Source of the DNA: Amoebophrya sp. A120
Lineage: Eukaryota; Protista; Dinoflagellata
Assembly: GCA_905178155.1 (NCBI GenBank)
Contig: CAJINV010000016.1
Coordinates: forward strand, 711,386-775,385
Length of the DNA: 64,000 nt
Reading direction: 5' to 3'
A model generated the notes under the pieces. The model saw nothing but the letters and a program-made list of their open reading frames with translations, was not told the origin of the DNA and did not search any database. Positions 23,863-38,000 of the stretch are shown piece by piece. Numbering within the stretch: position 1 is the first letter of the stretch; each line of letters starts with the position of its first letter. The translations under genes and the position numbers were made by a program.

Positions 23863-24288
23863 CCATCCAGCAGCGGAGCAGCACCGCAACCCTCTCTCTG
23901 CAGCGTCACCCACGACCTGGTGGTGCCTGTTTTTGGGTCTAGAAACGGGTAGAAAATTATCACGCAGTACCCCTGTGTGAAAAATATCAAAGCCCGCAAA
24001 ATATTACAATGAAAAATGTCCCCACTCAAGAACTTGCCAGCATTTTTTAAAATATGCAAAACTTCGCTGTGGAAACAAAAATATTAACATTCCCCATCCT
24101 CTTGCATGTATCACCATCACAGATTTTCGATGCTGAATGCGCGAAAAGAGCTTCGCATTTGTTGAAAAACCTTATGCATACAGAAAGTTGTGCCACTTCC
24201 GGGGTGGGGGCACTTTCTTTCCACTTTCATACAAAAGCAGTGAAACCGAGACGAGGTTTTTTTAAGCACCTGTATATGTACATTTGAC

Positions 24289-24573
24289 TATGCATTGGAA
24301 ATATGTCTGGGTCTCGAGGAGTGGGAACCTGTAATATGTGTGTTACGGGTCACACTCACACAAAATAAAAATCTGTCTTGCCTGCTAACTTGCAAAGGAT
24401 GCCTATTTGTGGACATGCTGAGAGCGGATTTATCATGCAGAATAGGCATTACCAATGGACTTCTGCAGGACTTTCGATGCTAAGATCTGCCTTACAGACT
24501 TTGTGGAGCTGCTTGGGAAAACCGCATCACAAATCTCGCAATCTTGCAGACCCAGACATATTTGCACTGGATA
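24289..24573. mobile_element. TIR element, family A
   Basis: TIRs; flanked by TTTGAC on both sides (6 bp). Confidence 0.88.
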
Positions 24574-25422
24574 TTTGACTTATTTTAAGCAACATCTTCC
24601 GAAGCAATCAGTAGCACTTTTTTATTCCAAAGAAATATTTTACCAGTACCTCCAAGGGGAAACTCCGACGGCTATTTTGGACGTGGAGGACTGCAGGCCT
24701 GTTACTTAAAAACCCGCTGAAAAAAATTCCAAAAAAAAAGTAGCATCGGGCAGTTGTTCTGTTGTTGAAAAAAAAATTATCATCCAGTTTGTACACTAGC
24801 TTCTATCATCCTTTTTATTCAGATCAGCGAATGAGAAAACCCTTTACTTTTTATTTTTTGAAACACAGCCGGCTTCTATTCATTTTCTAATAAAAATTGC
24901 AGTTCAAAAATAAAATCCTTCCCGCGTAGTAAAAAGCGCCACTGTAGTCGGCTTTGCTTAAAAATTTTTCGAAAAAAAATTTCAAAAACGAAGTAGCAGC
25001 CGCGACGGTGTATCGTGAAGCGTAGCTTTTCATCAAGCCTTTCTTCTATTGCATTGCATGTGGGGGCCGTTTCAACAATTACAATATTCTTTTTTATTTT
25101 CTTTGAAGCCAACGAACTATAATTTTTCGATTCTTTCGCGCATTATCTTGTGGGCTCTTGTATTTGTTATCATCGGGATAGCAGCCAGAGCAGCCTCATT
25201 CGTCCGTGCGGGAAGTCGGGGCAGTTACAGCGCTTGACAGGTTCGAGTTTTGGGACGAAAAGGGAGAACCACGGCGCTCTCAGGAGCTACACGGCGGTCG
25301 AGCATTTTGCTACAAGGAACTGCCGTAGTGCGACCTGCAGTACAACGGTCGACGCTTTTTTCAGCTACAAGTTTTAAACGGGACGACCACACGACCAGAA
25401 GTGCCTAAGCAACCACGTGAAA

Positions 25423-26344
25423 ATGTCCGTTTCGAGATTTCAGGGGCACGCCTGCGGTTGGTGGGGCAGGTGTGCTCTTGTCGTTCTTGTGTGCGTGGCA
25501 CCCCGTGCGGCTGGAGAAAGGGAGAAAGAGCAAGCTCGGGGTCCGTTCATGATGCCGCAGGGTGGGCCCATGATGGCGGGCCAGGGAATGCCCATGATGC
25601 AGCAGGGACGAATGCCCATGATGCAGGGACAGGGAATGCCCGCGATGCAGCAACCGATGGGGATGGCCGCCCGACCAGGTGGAGCTGGAGTACCAGCACC
25701 ACTGGGTCCTGTGCCAGGAATGGCGCGCCCGGCCCCCGCCCAGTACGTCCAGCCTGGTTATCAGTCGGAGCGGACACAGCGAACCCGCTATCAAATGAGT
25801 GCCCCCACGTGCCCGAAAAGAGATCAGATTTGTCATGGAATGTTTCATCCCAAAAGCAAATGCAATCTGGTTTTCTATGCCTTCACAGCAAGAAGACCCC
25901 CAAGGCAGCACAGGTTTGTGTTGTTCTTAGTTCTTGCGCAACACCAGAAGAAAACCAGTGCATGCAGTCTCTCTCTACTTGTTACTTAGTGTATCCACGT
26001 AGTAGTTCTCTTGTGCAGTTCTTTCTTTAAGTCGTTCGCTTCCCTGTGCCATGCTCTTGCTTCCAGACAAAACACCAGATGAAAAGCAGTGTAAGATTTC
26101 GCCTGCTAAGTCGTTCCATGCGAATTGGCTACTTGCGTTCATCTGAGGCAAAGTCATCGCTCGATTCGATAGAAACTCCGCACAAAACATCAACAAATTG
26201 TAATTGAACTTTACTTATTTCGAATTCTTGATTTTGGGAGCGGGGGGCACTTTCCATTTTCATACCTACAGCCCCAGACCCGGAGTTGTAGTGCGTGCAA
26301 CCCTGATGAAAGACTTTTACTGCATTTGCATTTTGTTTTTGTGA
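25423..26344 (+). CDS. Small Met/Gln/Pro/Gly-rich hypothetical protein, possibly secreted (2 exons, ~25423-25787 and 26269-26344)
   Basis: ATG 25423, hydrophobic ALVVLVCVA segment, GMPMMQ-like repeats; removing 25789-26264 continues the frame to TGA 26344. Confidence 0.55.
25789..26264. mobile_element. Diverged TIR introner
   Basis: TATCAAATGAGTGCCCCC / GGGGGCACTTTCCATTTTCATA ends; DR CCCGC/CCTAC. Confidence 0.6.
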
Positions 26345-27496
26345 AGAGGATAAGTTATGAATTTGTTTCCGGATCTATGATGTCTGTGTTGCCGCGTAGG
26401 AGGTAATCCGTGGTGCTCGATGAATATGTGCTCGGGAGGAACGACCGGGCATCAAGGTCTGAGTGTGGACGTGCGCCGCGCGTCGCTGTCGTGAATGTGT
26501 CCACCATTATATATTTGCTCAGAATATTAAAGCTTCTTGTGCATCATCCAACGCTGTGGTCGTGTTGCAACTCGGGGTGTGGCTGCCGAAGACCACAACT
26601 CGGGGTGTGTACTCTCAGCTTCGTACACTGTACTGTGCGGAAGGTGTGCCGAAGAGGGGTAAACTAAAGAGTACTCGTCTCGAACGGGCTCTCTCGACGC
26701 AACCTCGAGTGGTTGCATTCGAGAAAACGGAGGGACTTTGGGATCAAACATTCTGGTCGACCGAAGTCGTGCGGCGGCCCAGCTGGGTGATTGCCCGTTT
26801 TCGACCAGTCAACTTGCAGCCTCGCCTTCAATGAGCCCGCGCGCGAGGCGCAGCAGCGCAGAAAGGGGCGCCGCGTGCGTAATCTGCGGAGGAAGCAACG
26901 CAGAGAGGAACTGTACTGCAACCGCAGGACGCACGACAGAAGAGCGGAGGCGGCCCTCTGCGCGGCGGGCATGCGGCGTCTTCCTTAGCCAGACGTGGGC
27001 GCGCTGCCGCGGCCCTCCCGTGCGCGAGCTTTTTGCGCTGACTCCAGATCGATTTTGTTCGCACACAGCGACACTCAATGCGCGTGTTTTTCGAGGCGGC
27101 GTGTGGGCATCTGGGCAGCCTGGTTGCCCGCCTTAATAAGTGCGGTAAGTGTGCTGGGCCTGAATGGCCCGATTCGTTGCAGCCGCATGGCAAAGCGCAT
27201 CCCACGCACCAATGACCACGCACCGCGACGACGCATCGTGCCAAGCGCCGGCGCTAGTCGGAGGACTGGCTGCCGCTGCGCCGGCACGGCTGGTAGTGCT
27301 CCGGTGAAGTACGGCGATTGCGTTTTTCGTTCTAGAGCGTCATGGGCCGCGTTTGCAGACTCTCTACACGGCAGTAGCAGCAGCGCGTGTTTTGTCGGGC
27401 ACCTTGCAAATTGCATTCGTATGGTGCTTCTGGACCAATGCAAGAATTGAATTGAAAATGTTTGCGAAGTAAGTAATTGACTGCGGGTTCCAGATA

Positions 27497-27718
27497 TTGC
27501 ACGGTCTAGTTTCACTACAGCCTTGGGTGCGGGTGCCGAGGGAGGAACCGTTTTTTGCAATTGATATTCCGGTATATCCTGGGGTGGGACAACATCATCC
27601 TGGAGCGGCACATCCTCCAGGTTCCGGTGCTCCTCAGCCACAGCTAGCACGCCCTCCGCAACAAGTACCGCAACAACAACAACAAGTACAGCCGCAACAA
27701 CTTCCGCAGCCAGTATGA
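27497..27718 (+). CDS. Pro/Gln-rich terminal exon of a small hypothetical protein
   Basis: Low-complexity PQ-rich ORF preceded by a CAG acceptor-like site at ~27493; 5' exons not identified. Confidence 0.35.
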   Translation: MHGLVSLQPWVRVPREEPFFAIDIPVYPGVGQHHPGAAHPPGSGAPQPQLARPPQQVPQQQQQVQPQQLPQPV

Positions 27719-30700
27719 AAATCAAAAATGCCCCCAGCGCACGCACAGTTCAAAGCACTTCGCCACCAGCTGCTCCGGACTACCAGTGCTGACGCCTTTG
27801 TGGTAAAATGCCGTATGAAAAATCCTTCATGCCGCTGAACAAGAGCTAAAGCGCCGACAAGCTCCTCTCGAGTGAAAAATTCCTCTCCACCTTTAAATTT
27901 TTGACCAATAACAGTGCGTCCGTGTGGTACAAGAATGCCATGCGTGCCAGTATTAAAATCTTCCATTAGACACGTGCGCACGAAAAACTTTAGAATTGAA
28001 AGAGGTTGTTTTTCCCTATACAAGTTGCGTTGCAGCTTGTGTCTGACTTCCGAGACCCATCGTTTGATATTGTAGGTAGCACTACAGCGTGGCAGCGTTC
28101 TTGGCATCCGAAACGAAAACAGCCGCTCACATTCTCGGGAGTACACGCACGCGAGACAAGTGCAAGGGATATTTTGCCACCCGGCAAGGAGGTTTTGCCA
28201 TCTGGTAGCCAGAGCAGAAGGGCGCGCTAGCGCTCAGAGCGCTGCGCGAGATACTAGGTTTTTGCGAGCGAAGCGCAAGGGCCTTTGCCGTGGGCCGATA
28301 ATGGCCACCCGGAAAAGGGGAAGTCCAGCGGGTCATGAAATCGGGGAGGAGGCACTGGACCGGTTGGGATTTGGCTTCCGGTATCCGTAGATATGAACAG
28401 TTCGGGCCTTGGCAGACCTATCTTCCGCAAAAACGCTGGCGCTTTAGCGGGGAGAGATTTTTGTGCGGGGCCTGGAGCCGCTTTGTGACTAATCGGAAAG
28501 TTGCAGGTGCTGGGATTCCGATTTGTGCCGCTTTCTTCGCGGGATGGCAGCAGTTTTTCGCCTGTTGGCAGCTTGTGCAGTCTACAAACTGAAAGAAGCG
28601 ATACAAAGGACAGCGGATTGCGAACAGCAGTCGGCCGCGGAAAATTCGGTCGAAACGGTTACAGGCCGTGAGCAGCGCTCCTGGGCGGGCTCTCGGGTGG
28701 CCGCGAAACATGTTCATTTAGGTGAAAGGCGTCCGGGCGCGTAGAATCTGAGCGCGCCGTGCGAAAGGGGGTCGGAAATTTGCACCGTTTGCAGAACCGC
28801 CGCCGGCGTGACGCAGCCAAAAACATGAGAGGCGGCAGCTGCCTCCCCGATCCGCCTCGAGTCTCTCCGCGCTGCCCAGAAAGAGGCGGAGCAATGCAGC
28901 GGCTTAAAAGGTCTTTCCGTGTTGTGAGGGCCGCGAGGAGAGCCAGGAACCCGCAAGGCGTCCTGGCCTTCCGCGTTTTAGTGCTTTCATCTCAGCTTGA
29001 TTTGATAATGCCCCATTCGACCCGCGCGTCGTTACTCTTACTTTTCGAGCAGACTGTGGACTTCTTTTACGTTCTTCTCTGCGCTGCATCGCAGCCTTAT
29101 CGGTGGCGGAGTGCTGGGCATACTTATCATTTCAGGTTGTCTTGTGGCATGGTGTTGTCGTGTCCGCAAGACGGTTCTTTTGCGGGCGCGTTTTATTTCT
29201 TCAAGCAGAGTTTGAGTTTCCCTTTCTAGTTTCTTTGTTCTACCCTGGTGAACTAGCGGCGTAGTTTTATCACATGGAACTTTGCTGCGTGCCCTTCGTG
29301 TCAACAGTTCGGAAGTAGTGACGCGACGCTTCTCTGTAATCTGGCCTCGGCGGGGCCGGGGGTGCTCCGGGTGATCATGGCAGCCACGCGCCAAACTGGG
29401 GGCATTTTTGGACGTCGAAAATCGCAGGGGTTGGCTCCCGGAGCGGCGGCTACAGCAATGCTAGGAGGAGGAGGAGCGGCTCCTGGAGGTCTTCCGCAGC
29501 GAATAAATGGCGAATGTTCGGGCGTCAACTACCTAGGCTATCTACCAGTGGCCTTTCCTGCAAAGGGAATGGGTATCCGAGGAAAAAGTGTGCGCCGGAG
29601 TTTTATGGATGTTATTTGTTTCGTCAAGATAAGAGATGAGAGCACTACGTAAGCTTTCGGCGTGGTTCGTGGAATATGGCATATTTCACGAACCACCCCC
29701 AACGCAATGCACCTTCAGAGCATAAGGTGTATTGAGTCGTCCACAGTTTTCTGCGTATCACACTCGTTACCGCTGTTTTGAAAAAGGCGGAGAGCCATGC
29801 GAGCTGCTTCTTTCTGTCTGTAGTTTGCACCATGCAAAATTCTGCTTCCGCGGCACTTTTCGTTTTCCATGCCGGCATATGGAGTGCAACGGTGTCTGGG
29901 TCGGCATGGGTGTAGGAGCCTTCCGATGTTGGTGCATGATACGGTGAAGCTAGCCTTTGCAGATACATATATTGTTGACGAGGTATATCGCCGGTCCGAA
30001 GCAAGAGTGAGCACGCCAGCGGCATCACTGCCCCCGTCTCGATGGCCATATTTGGAAGCAACATACGAATACAGGCTGCACGCATGGGGGGGTCAATCTC
30101 AATGCGGCCTGCGGCTGCCACCAAATAGGCCGAGCGCGGAGTTTTCAGCGAGTACCGAACGAGAAGGGCGTCCTCCCGGAAATGCGTCTTCAATGCGCCT
30201 GGCGCAACATATGATATCGGGCGCCCCTGCCTGGAAACATTAGAGGCGCCGAGAGTAAAGCAGGCAGTCCGCAGGCCGTTGGCGCCATATTTCGGCCGCA
30301 CGTGGCGGCCGCCAAAGCGGTGGAGCAGTCCGACGGCGTCTAGCCGCGGGGGCTACTGCTTTTTCTTTCTTTGCTGAGCAAAGAGACAGAGCGAAAGGGA
30401 AACGCGAAATCCCGCCTCGCCTGCATATCTTGGGACCGGCTTCTATTCCCAACAGCCGCAACGCCCCGCGCAGGGCTGTGCTGCTTCTCGTCGCTGCCGG
30501 GGGGACGAACAAATGCCGCCGGCCCGGGGACATTGCAGCGAACTTAGCGCGGGGCGCCCGCGTTCCAGATTGGCACGCCCGGCGCAAGTAGTAGCTCGGC
30601 CGTTGCGCTAGCCTTCTGGTTTTGGTAGATAAGACGTGCCGTTGCTGCAGCGGAAGTGCCTGATGCGTGCGTTGGCCCCCGGCCCTTGTTTGTACGTAGA

Positions 30701-32024
30701 TTACGGCCGGTTAGTTAAAGCGGGCCAAGCCACCAACCCGTCCTCGCGGGTGTAGTTGTGTTTGCCATTTTGTATACACTGCGTGAGCCGTCGCCGTGGC
30801 GCAACCAGTGATTGCGATGGCGCGACAGCGATGGCGCGGGGGAAATTGATGGCGAGCGGGGCCGGGCACGCCTGGCCTGCCCTTGGGATATCGACAGGCA
30901 CCCCCCGCGCGCTGCCTGTGAGGCGCTGAGTTTGCGGTGCCTCTGCCGCCTTTCTCCGTGTTTTTTATTTTTGTCCGGCCGCACCGCTTCCGCTGGTGTG
31001 TTAGTGTTTTGTGTCTTTGTCTGTGGTGCTGCCAGCTACGCTTTGCGCAAGACGGCACCAGCGCGCCAAGGATCTGCGCGCGCCATGAAGCCTGCGCGCG
31101 CTCGCAATTTTGAGGCGATCGAACAGTTTTGTTTTAATAAATTGGGTTAGCGCACACAGCATCTTCGAGCAGTAATTCATTCTAATTTTCGTTTTGTTGC
31201 ACCTGGGGCGTGGCGACGGCGCGATCAAAACTTCAAGTGTCTCCCGAAGTAACAGAAAACGCAACGCAGGTGTAGCACAGTATCGGTAGAAGTTACTCAA
31301 AAGCAAAGGCGCGGCTTTAGAGAGGCTTGTTTGCGACTCATACATACTTGCACTGCATACCGAAGTGGGGGACTGCATCGAGTGGAAGGACAGCATGAGT
31401 CAATTTCTGGGGCAGCAACAGGGTGGCGCAATGTATGGGCCGTGCAGTCGTTGCATTCTCAACTGATGCAAAAACAAGATGCCGTGTAGATGTACTGTAA
31501 TTGAGAAGTGCCAATCCACTTCTACGCGGGACATATAAGGGATAGTGATAGTGCTTTGATCCTCGAGACGGAAGGAAGCGATTTCTAGGGGCCGCAGCTA
31601 GTAGGCCTGAAGCGGCCCCCCGAGTAGCCGAAAAAAATTTGGTGAAGAAGCTCCCGCCTTTGGCAGTTGCAAGAATACGAGGTGCTTTGATTGTGCCAGC
31701 CCATCAAGGACAATGGCCACGAAAAGTCATCCAAGGCGCCCTCGTCAGGCGAAGCTACTTATTTAGATTGCTTGACCGATGGAGCTGCCCCATGCGTCGC
31801 ACTATTTTTGTTTATGCCAAGGCATCGATCAGAGTCAGGCAGGTGGATCCTATGCAGCAAAAACACCAACAAGAAAAAACAAAAAGAGGACTTTGCGATG
31901 CTTGTATCGATGATTGTGGCCGCAGGAAATCCATCAGATCGGCACTTGTGCTGCGTGGCAGTGCGGTGACGAGAGAGTTCCATCGAGCGCCACAACGCGC
32001 AAAGGAAAGAAGTGCCACAGCTGA

Positions 32025-35000
32025 GAATGCACCAGAGTTGGACGCCATACAAAGCAAATAGATTCAATTGCCTGCCATTACGGTGCGCCGAATGTGATGG
32101 ATCAAGCCGGCGTAGGTTCGAGTGCGTCAGATATTTGCCGTAGACTTGCGGACCGGCTGAAAAGAGAAAAGGCGGACATGGCGGCGTCTGATGCGGAATA
32201 TCCAAGCTCGGCAACCAAGCCTCGCCCACCGGGTTGCGAGTTCGGGTACCCCCCAACGAACGGAGTAGTCATACAGAGGGTCGAGTTCGAGCTTCCTACA
32301 CCGCAGAATTATGCTCTGCAAAATGGATTGTGTTCTCTGTGTCTGGGACTGCCGCTGCCTCTGCGTTTGCCCTGGACGGCGCTTTGCAAAGTGAAAACAA
32401 AATCCATCAATCTCTACTCACATGATGCATGAAGCGACGCGGTCGTTTGTTTTTTGTTTTATGTGGGATGGTGCAAAAGTAGCTCTGTTGCTTGTCCTTG
32501 TCGTGTGCAATGCTATTGAAGCTGTGATTGCGGCTGCCTTTTGAAAGCTTCTGCGTTGTTTTTCTTTTCTCCTCTGCAGAAGACCAGTATGATAGATTGA
32601 TGGTCATTGAATAAAGCCATGGCGTTCCTCATTCTCTTCAACTTTTCGAAAATTGTATTATTCATGGAAAAACGAAAAAGGAAGAAAGAAAAAAGGCATC
32701 ACTCTGCAACACACCAATCCGCGGTGCGGACGCGACGACCGTTTGTGCCTTCCCAGACTCGGACACGTTTCCCGTGGATAGTGATGGTGGGCGGTGTTTG
32801 AAGAAAGACTCTCAGACGAAGAAGGTTCTCTGTGACTACAAGAAGGATTTGAACAACGCGGAGCTCCTGCAGAACATTCGGACATGGTACAGCAGTTCCG
32901 GTGGAAAACTCGCGAGCATGGGATACCGCGACATGATTGTCAGCGCGGATACCCCCCCATGTAACCTCTTCCATTTCTTTGACACGTCGACGCGAAACAT
33001 TGTGGAGAGAGCGAGATCAGACCAGAGGTTTGAAGCGTACAAGAAAGAGATCCTTGCGCTCAATGAGAATGATCACGCAGCAGTCATCGGCAACGGAGAC
33101 CGGGCCGGGTATTACCTCGGGGTTGTCAATGCCTATCTAAACCCCACGACAAGCAAAGCTGAACCAAAGCCTCTCAAGATCGAGGATCCAGGCCAAGTTA
33201 CCGAACAAAAAATCATAGAGGCGCAGAAGAAGATCGGTCTCGGTAAGATTACTGTTACGGGGCAGAACGGGGAAAAGCAGGACCTTGAAACGATGCACGA
33301 GAAGAATCTGGAACAGCACCCTGAGCCGGCGCCTGAACCGGCGACCTGGCCAAGAGATTATCATCAGAAAGAAGCTAGCACGCTAGCGCATTTGTGATGC
33401 AAAAATGAAAAGAAGGGAGAGGAGCTTCTCGTTGCCTTCTGTTCAACTTGTGTGTCTTAGACAGTGCGATGCGTTGGGCTCTCCCATGAGTACCTTCTGT
33501 ATGTTTTTTTTTGTATCACGGGTTTTCTTGAATTCGCAACGTTGCAAATGCCTGCTGTGAGCATGCGGGAGCTTTTCTGGGTGATGCTGATGACGATCAA
33601 AGCGGGCGCTCTGACAAGGTGTGCAGCTACCTCACGAAAGGGAAAATCCATCGGGTTCCCAGAGATTGGATAGAAACAGCACAGAAGGACGCAAATGGAA
33701 ACAGGGTGAAGGTCCAGCACCACGCAGCGGGCATGTGCGTGAAGTTCAATAACAGGGACCTGACACTGACTCCTTACAAACAGTGGAAGATAAAGGATTT
33801 TGCATGTGTCTACGTGAAAGGGACGGAAAGCGCTGCTTCGACCACCGGAGGATGTCAGCACATTCAGAACACAGAAGACCAGGATGCCGCCTTGGAAAAC
33901 GCCTTTACAAATGTGCCTCGATACGTGGAGGGCGGGGGCTACCAGAAGCACGCGGACTGTGAATTTGGAAAACCAGACACAGGGGGGACTAGTTTTTCTT
34001 ACTACTTGACCAGAAAGGGGCCGTGCATCAAAAGAAACAACAAGGGTGAGCCGGTTTGTTACTTCGGTTTTACAAGTATGAGGGTGTCAGGCTCGAAACC
34101 GACGAAGTTGAAATAAGTTTGTCCTGCATAAACCCGACACCTCCAGGACCAGCGTCACTGTAGCCCCCAATTTCTAATCGACGCATGACAAATTTCGGCA
34201 GCATCGAAACTCAATTTGTGGCATGCGATTTCGGGCAAAGAAGGCTACTTCTGTCACGCTCCCTCGCAGCTCCATCCTTACCCCAAAACAGGCTTACAGT
34301 TGCCCTCACTCGTGTTCCCTCCAATGCAGGTGGTTTGTGCTTTCCGCTTTTATATGGCATATAGCCTTGCATTGCATCGCACATTATTATTTCAACTTTG
34401 TAAATTTCAAGCCTGACGCCTCCATAAGAACACCCATGCACTGCCGCAAGATCGCAAAGGACGAGTCAAAGGCGCAGGCGAAACGGGTTGGAATGGGGGT
34501 TCTCGACGACAACGCAAGCCCGGACTTTTTCCTGACCAAGTGGGACGGGTTATCTTGAGTAAATACGCCCCCACCGCAGAAGCAGGTGTCATGCAAATCT
34601 GCATGCTTGCAATGTTTCTCATACGAAGCCCCATGAGAGCCATTTTTTAGTGTTGCTTTGAAATTTGTGATGCTCGAATATGCTAGTTCTGTGATGATAC
34701 CGCACTAGCTAAACACGATTACACTGCGATGCGATCCCAAATTATTTACACCTCTGCCAGGTGTCGACCCTGCACCTACCAACTGGTAGGAGGAGGGTCG
34801 TGGGCTTTTTGTTTGCTCTTGGGCTTATTTTCGAAGACTGCGATGGGAGGTCCCGCGGGTATTGGTGAGCTAGCACCCTCGGGCTTTACCCTGCGTGACC
34901 AGGGCCCTCCCATGAGAGCACTTGCTTCGTACCTCCAGGCTTTTGGTCGGCGTCCTTGGTCGGATGCTCCTGTTCTTGGTTGAAGTAGGGCCCCGTGTGG

Positions 35001-38000
35001 CTGTAGCGTCTTCCTTCTTGCCCTACTTAGGTTTTGGCCGCGCCCCGTCGTACTTCGTGCAGAAAAGTTCTCGTCCTTCCCTCGTATATGCATGCTCGCC
35101 TTCCCCTCCCGAAGTTTATAAGTTTCTCTTCCCCCTCTACTCCCCTCTACTTTAAGTCGCATCTTTTTCTCACGCTGCACGTATCCTCGCGTTAAGTTGC
35201 TGCCTAGAAGTGCTTTTAGTAGTTGTTACGTGCTTGCTTATTAAAACGTTTTATTGGTCTTAGTAGGGCATGATGCCAACGGGGACGGACAGCCCTTAGA
35301 ACTCCGACGTCATGCGCAACAGCCAGTGCTTGTTAATTTGTGTAGCAGCTTTCCCATCTTGCCTCTGGGGTGTGGGTCCCGGTTTTGCTCACGATACCGA
35401 AAGCGCAACGCCTATGTGCGCCTCGGTCGGCCAGGTGCAATTGCAACACCAGTTGGAGAGACAATGAATACGATATCGCTCTCAGAAGCCAGGTTTGTTG
35501 AGGGACCGCAGCCCGGAACGAGGACAGCACACGGATTTAGTTGGCTCTACGATCCGGTAGCGCACCCATTCAGCACTACCCTTGGCGAAGTGGGTCCGGA
35601 GAAAAGCAATGCACAGGCAGTACTTCTAACGCAGTCCACTTATCGCCCTGAAGATATTTACTTCGTGTATGACAGCAATAAGTGGCCAGAAGCAGAGTTT
35701 CCGTATACGAGTAAGCTTGACCGCGAGGACGTGGCTTACATCCAAGAGTCTGGCGGTGCGCCGGTGCAACTACTCGGGTCCACGACCACGATGAAGCGAG
35801 CCTATACACTTGAACTGCTGAAATACCAGCAGGATGCATGCCGCAAGCTTCAGGGGCACGCGGCAGGCTGGGAATTGGCAGAGGAAGCTCCGAGCGGGAA
35901 GGCAAACAGGGTTGACGGACACTTCCAGCATGACAAGTTTGACGAGAACAATAGGCTGCCTCGTCAAGTGGGGCACGCGGGTGCGAACTCCTGTGAGAGG
36001 ATTTGCTCGAGCTGCGACTGGTTCGAAGGATTCGGCAAAAAAGACTTGGGCCCGGCAAAGGAAAAACTGGACTTGGGGGCATTCGTTTTCTGGAACCGAA
36101 AGTCCATTGCAAATGCAGAGAGGCGCAAAGACAAGGACGCGCCGACGAGTATTCGGTCTTTGCTCGGAGGAGGACCGTCGAAGTTGCTAGAAACCTTTGG
36201 ACCGCCAAATGCGTACGCATACAAGTTATACCATACGCCAGGGCTAGTCAAGAACAGTCAGAGCAGCCTTCTGCGCGTAACGGGTATGCCCCTGACGAGT
36301 TACGAACAGGCCCAGCGAGAAAACGTCTTTTTCGGACGGAACAACTGGTTTGGTGACGGTAACGAGGACCCAGCCTCTGATGAGTTTCAGGGGCGCTGCG
36401 CGGTTGGTGCCGAGGGGACAACGACCACCGATCGGACAACGACCACCGATGTGTATATTCCTCTTGTGGATCTGCAAGAGAGCAAGCTTGCCTGCGAGTT
36501 CTGTGAAAGAAGAGATCCGGGAAGATTTGCTGCCGCGAAAGAGGACGCAGACCTTGCGGAATTGTGCGCGGCGTGCGCTGGCGTTGTTATCATGCAGCAG
36601 CTGCGCGAAACATTCAAAACGGGGCGGGCGACGTCCAAACTCGCTGCAGGTGTTGTCACCGGCTACCCGAGTGATCAACAAGACGAGCCGTCGTGCGAGC
36701 TGAATGTCAGCGAGCATGAGGGCATCCGCGAGGTTAACTACATCCAGAAAACAGTGCTACAGAAGCAGTACATGAAACAATGTAAGAACCAGGTCGACGA
36801 TCTGGAAGAACTTAACATAGAGCAGATACGATTAGACGCCGAACAGGAGATTCGTAAGTACCATGACAAGTATCCTGAGCCGAAGGTGGCATTCCCCATG
36901 GACTCGGATTGCATCAAGCAACCCTATGCTGCCAGTTTTGACAAGTACACCATCGAACTGTATAGCTCGGACGCGACTTGTCGATCCGAACTGTTCCCTG
37001 ACCGAGGACTTGACGCAACTTTTACAGGCCTTGTCGGCATTCGGCATTTCCAACTGAAACAGGACCCCATAAATCGGAACTACCCGGAGTTCGGTGCAGC
37101 AACCGAGCTAACGGAGGGGCAGGGGCGCAAGTTGCTAACAGACGGGACCTTTTATGATGTCGAGGGGGAGCGACCGGGGCTGTATCACGTTTTTTGGGCC
37201 TGGGTCCCGAACCAACCGCCATCGTATTCGCACCGGAAATGGCTCGGAAGCCTTCCTGAAAATTGTCAGGAGGACGTCAGCAGAATTTGCAGGGGAGCAG
37301 AACCAACGATTCGCAAGGCGACCGATTGCCCACAAGCCTGCGAAAAACGCCTTCAACAACTACAACTGGGTCAAAACGGGGAAGGAGCTCCCGCATACCT
37401 CGAGGTGGGCGCTGACTTTACGGCAGATGTTAATCCTGGGGAATGCTCGGCCCTTGGCATCTACCGCCAGATACTGAATTTCAATCGGCGGCAGCACCCG
37501 GGTGGGCGCAGCCTTTGCTTTATGGACGTGCAGCTGCAGGACCGCTCCAAGCGAGAAGGTTGGGGGATGTTTAGTGTAATGAGACCGAACCTAGTGGGGC
37601 ACATTGAGCAGCAGGAGCCGAAAAAGACAATTCTTTTGTCCGAGGATTGCGCAAAGAAGCTCGACGGCATTTGTGCAGGGCAGGAGAGGAAAGAGCAGAG
37701 GAAGAAACTTCACGACACCAAGGAATTGCTGGTCTATCTGGCTGGCGAGCTGAAAGTCCTGAGGGACAAACTTGGCAAGGCGCATGAGGTTTTCAGTCAA
37801 GCTAAGGAGCTTTATAGCAAGGCCCGCAACGCTGTATCCACGTTTCAGACTCAAAATCATCAAGGGCTTGCGCACGCTTTGCAGAACAAAATCATATCGA
37901 ACTGGGTTCTGCCAGAAAAAGAAGATCCGGAGACAACTTGGGATACTCAACACGCCGACCTCGAGCGCGCTTTCACAGAGTATGAGAGAAAGCTCACAAA

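Noticed and set aside
19600-24700. A gene hosting the TIR elements at 21800-24573
   Set aside because: Protein-like fragments exist on both strands, but I could not build a consistent frame or choose a strand.
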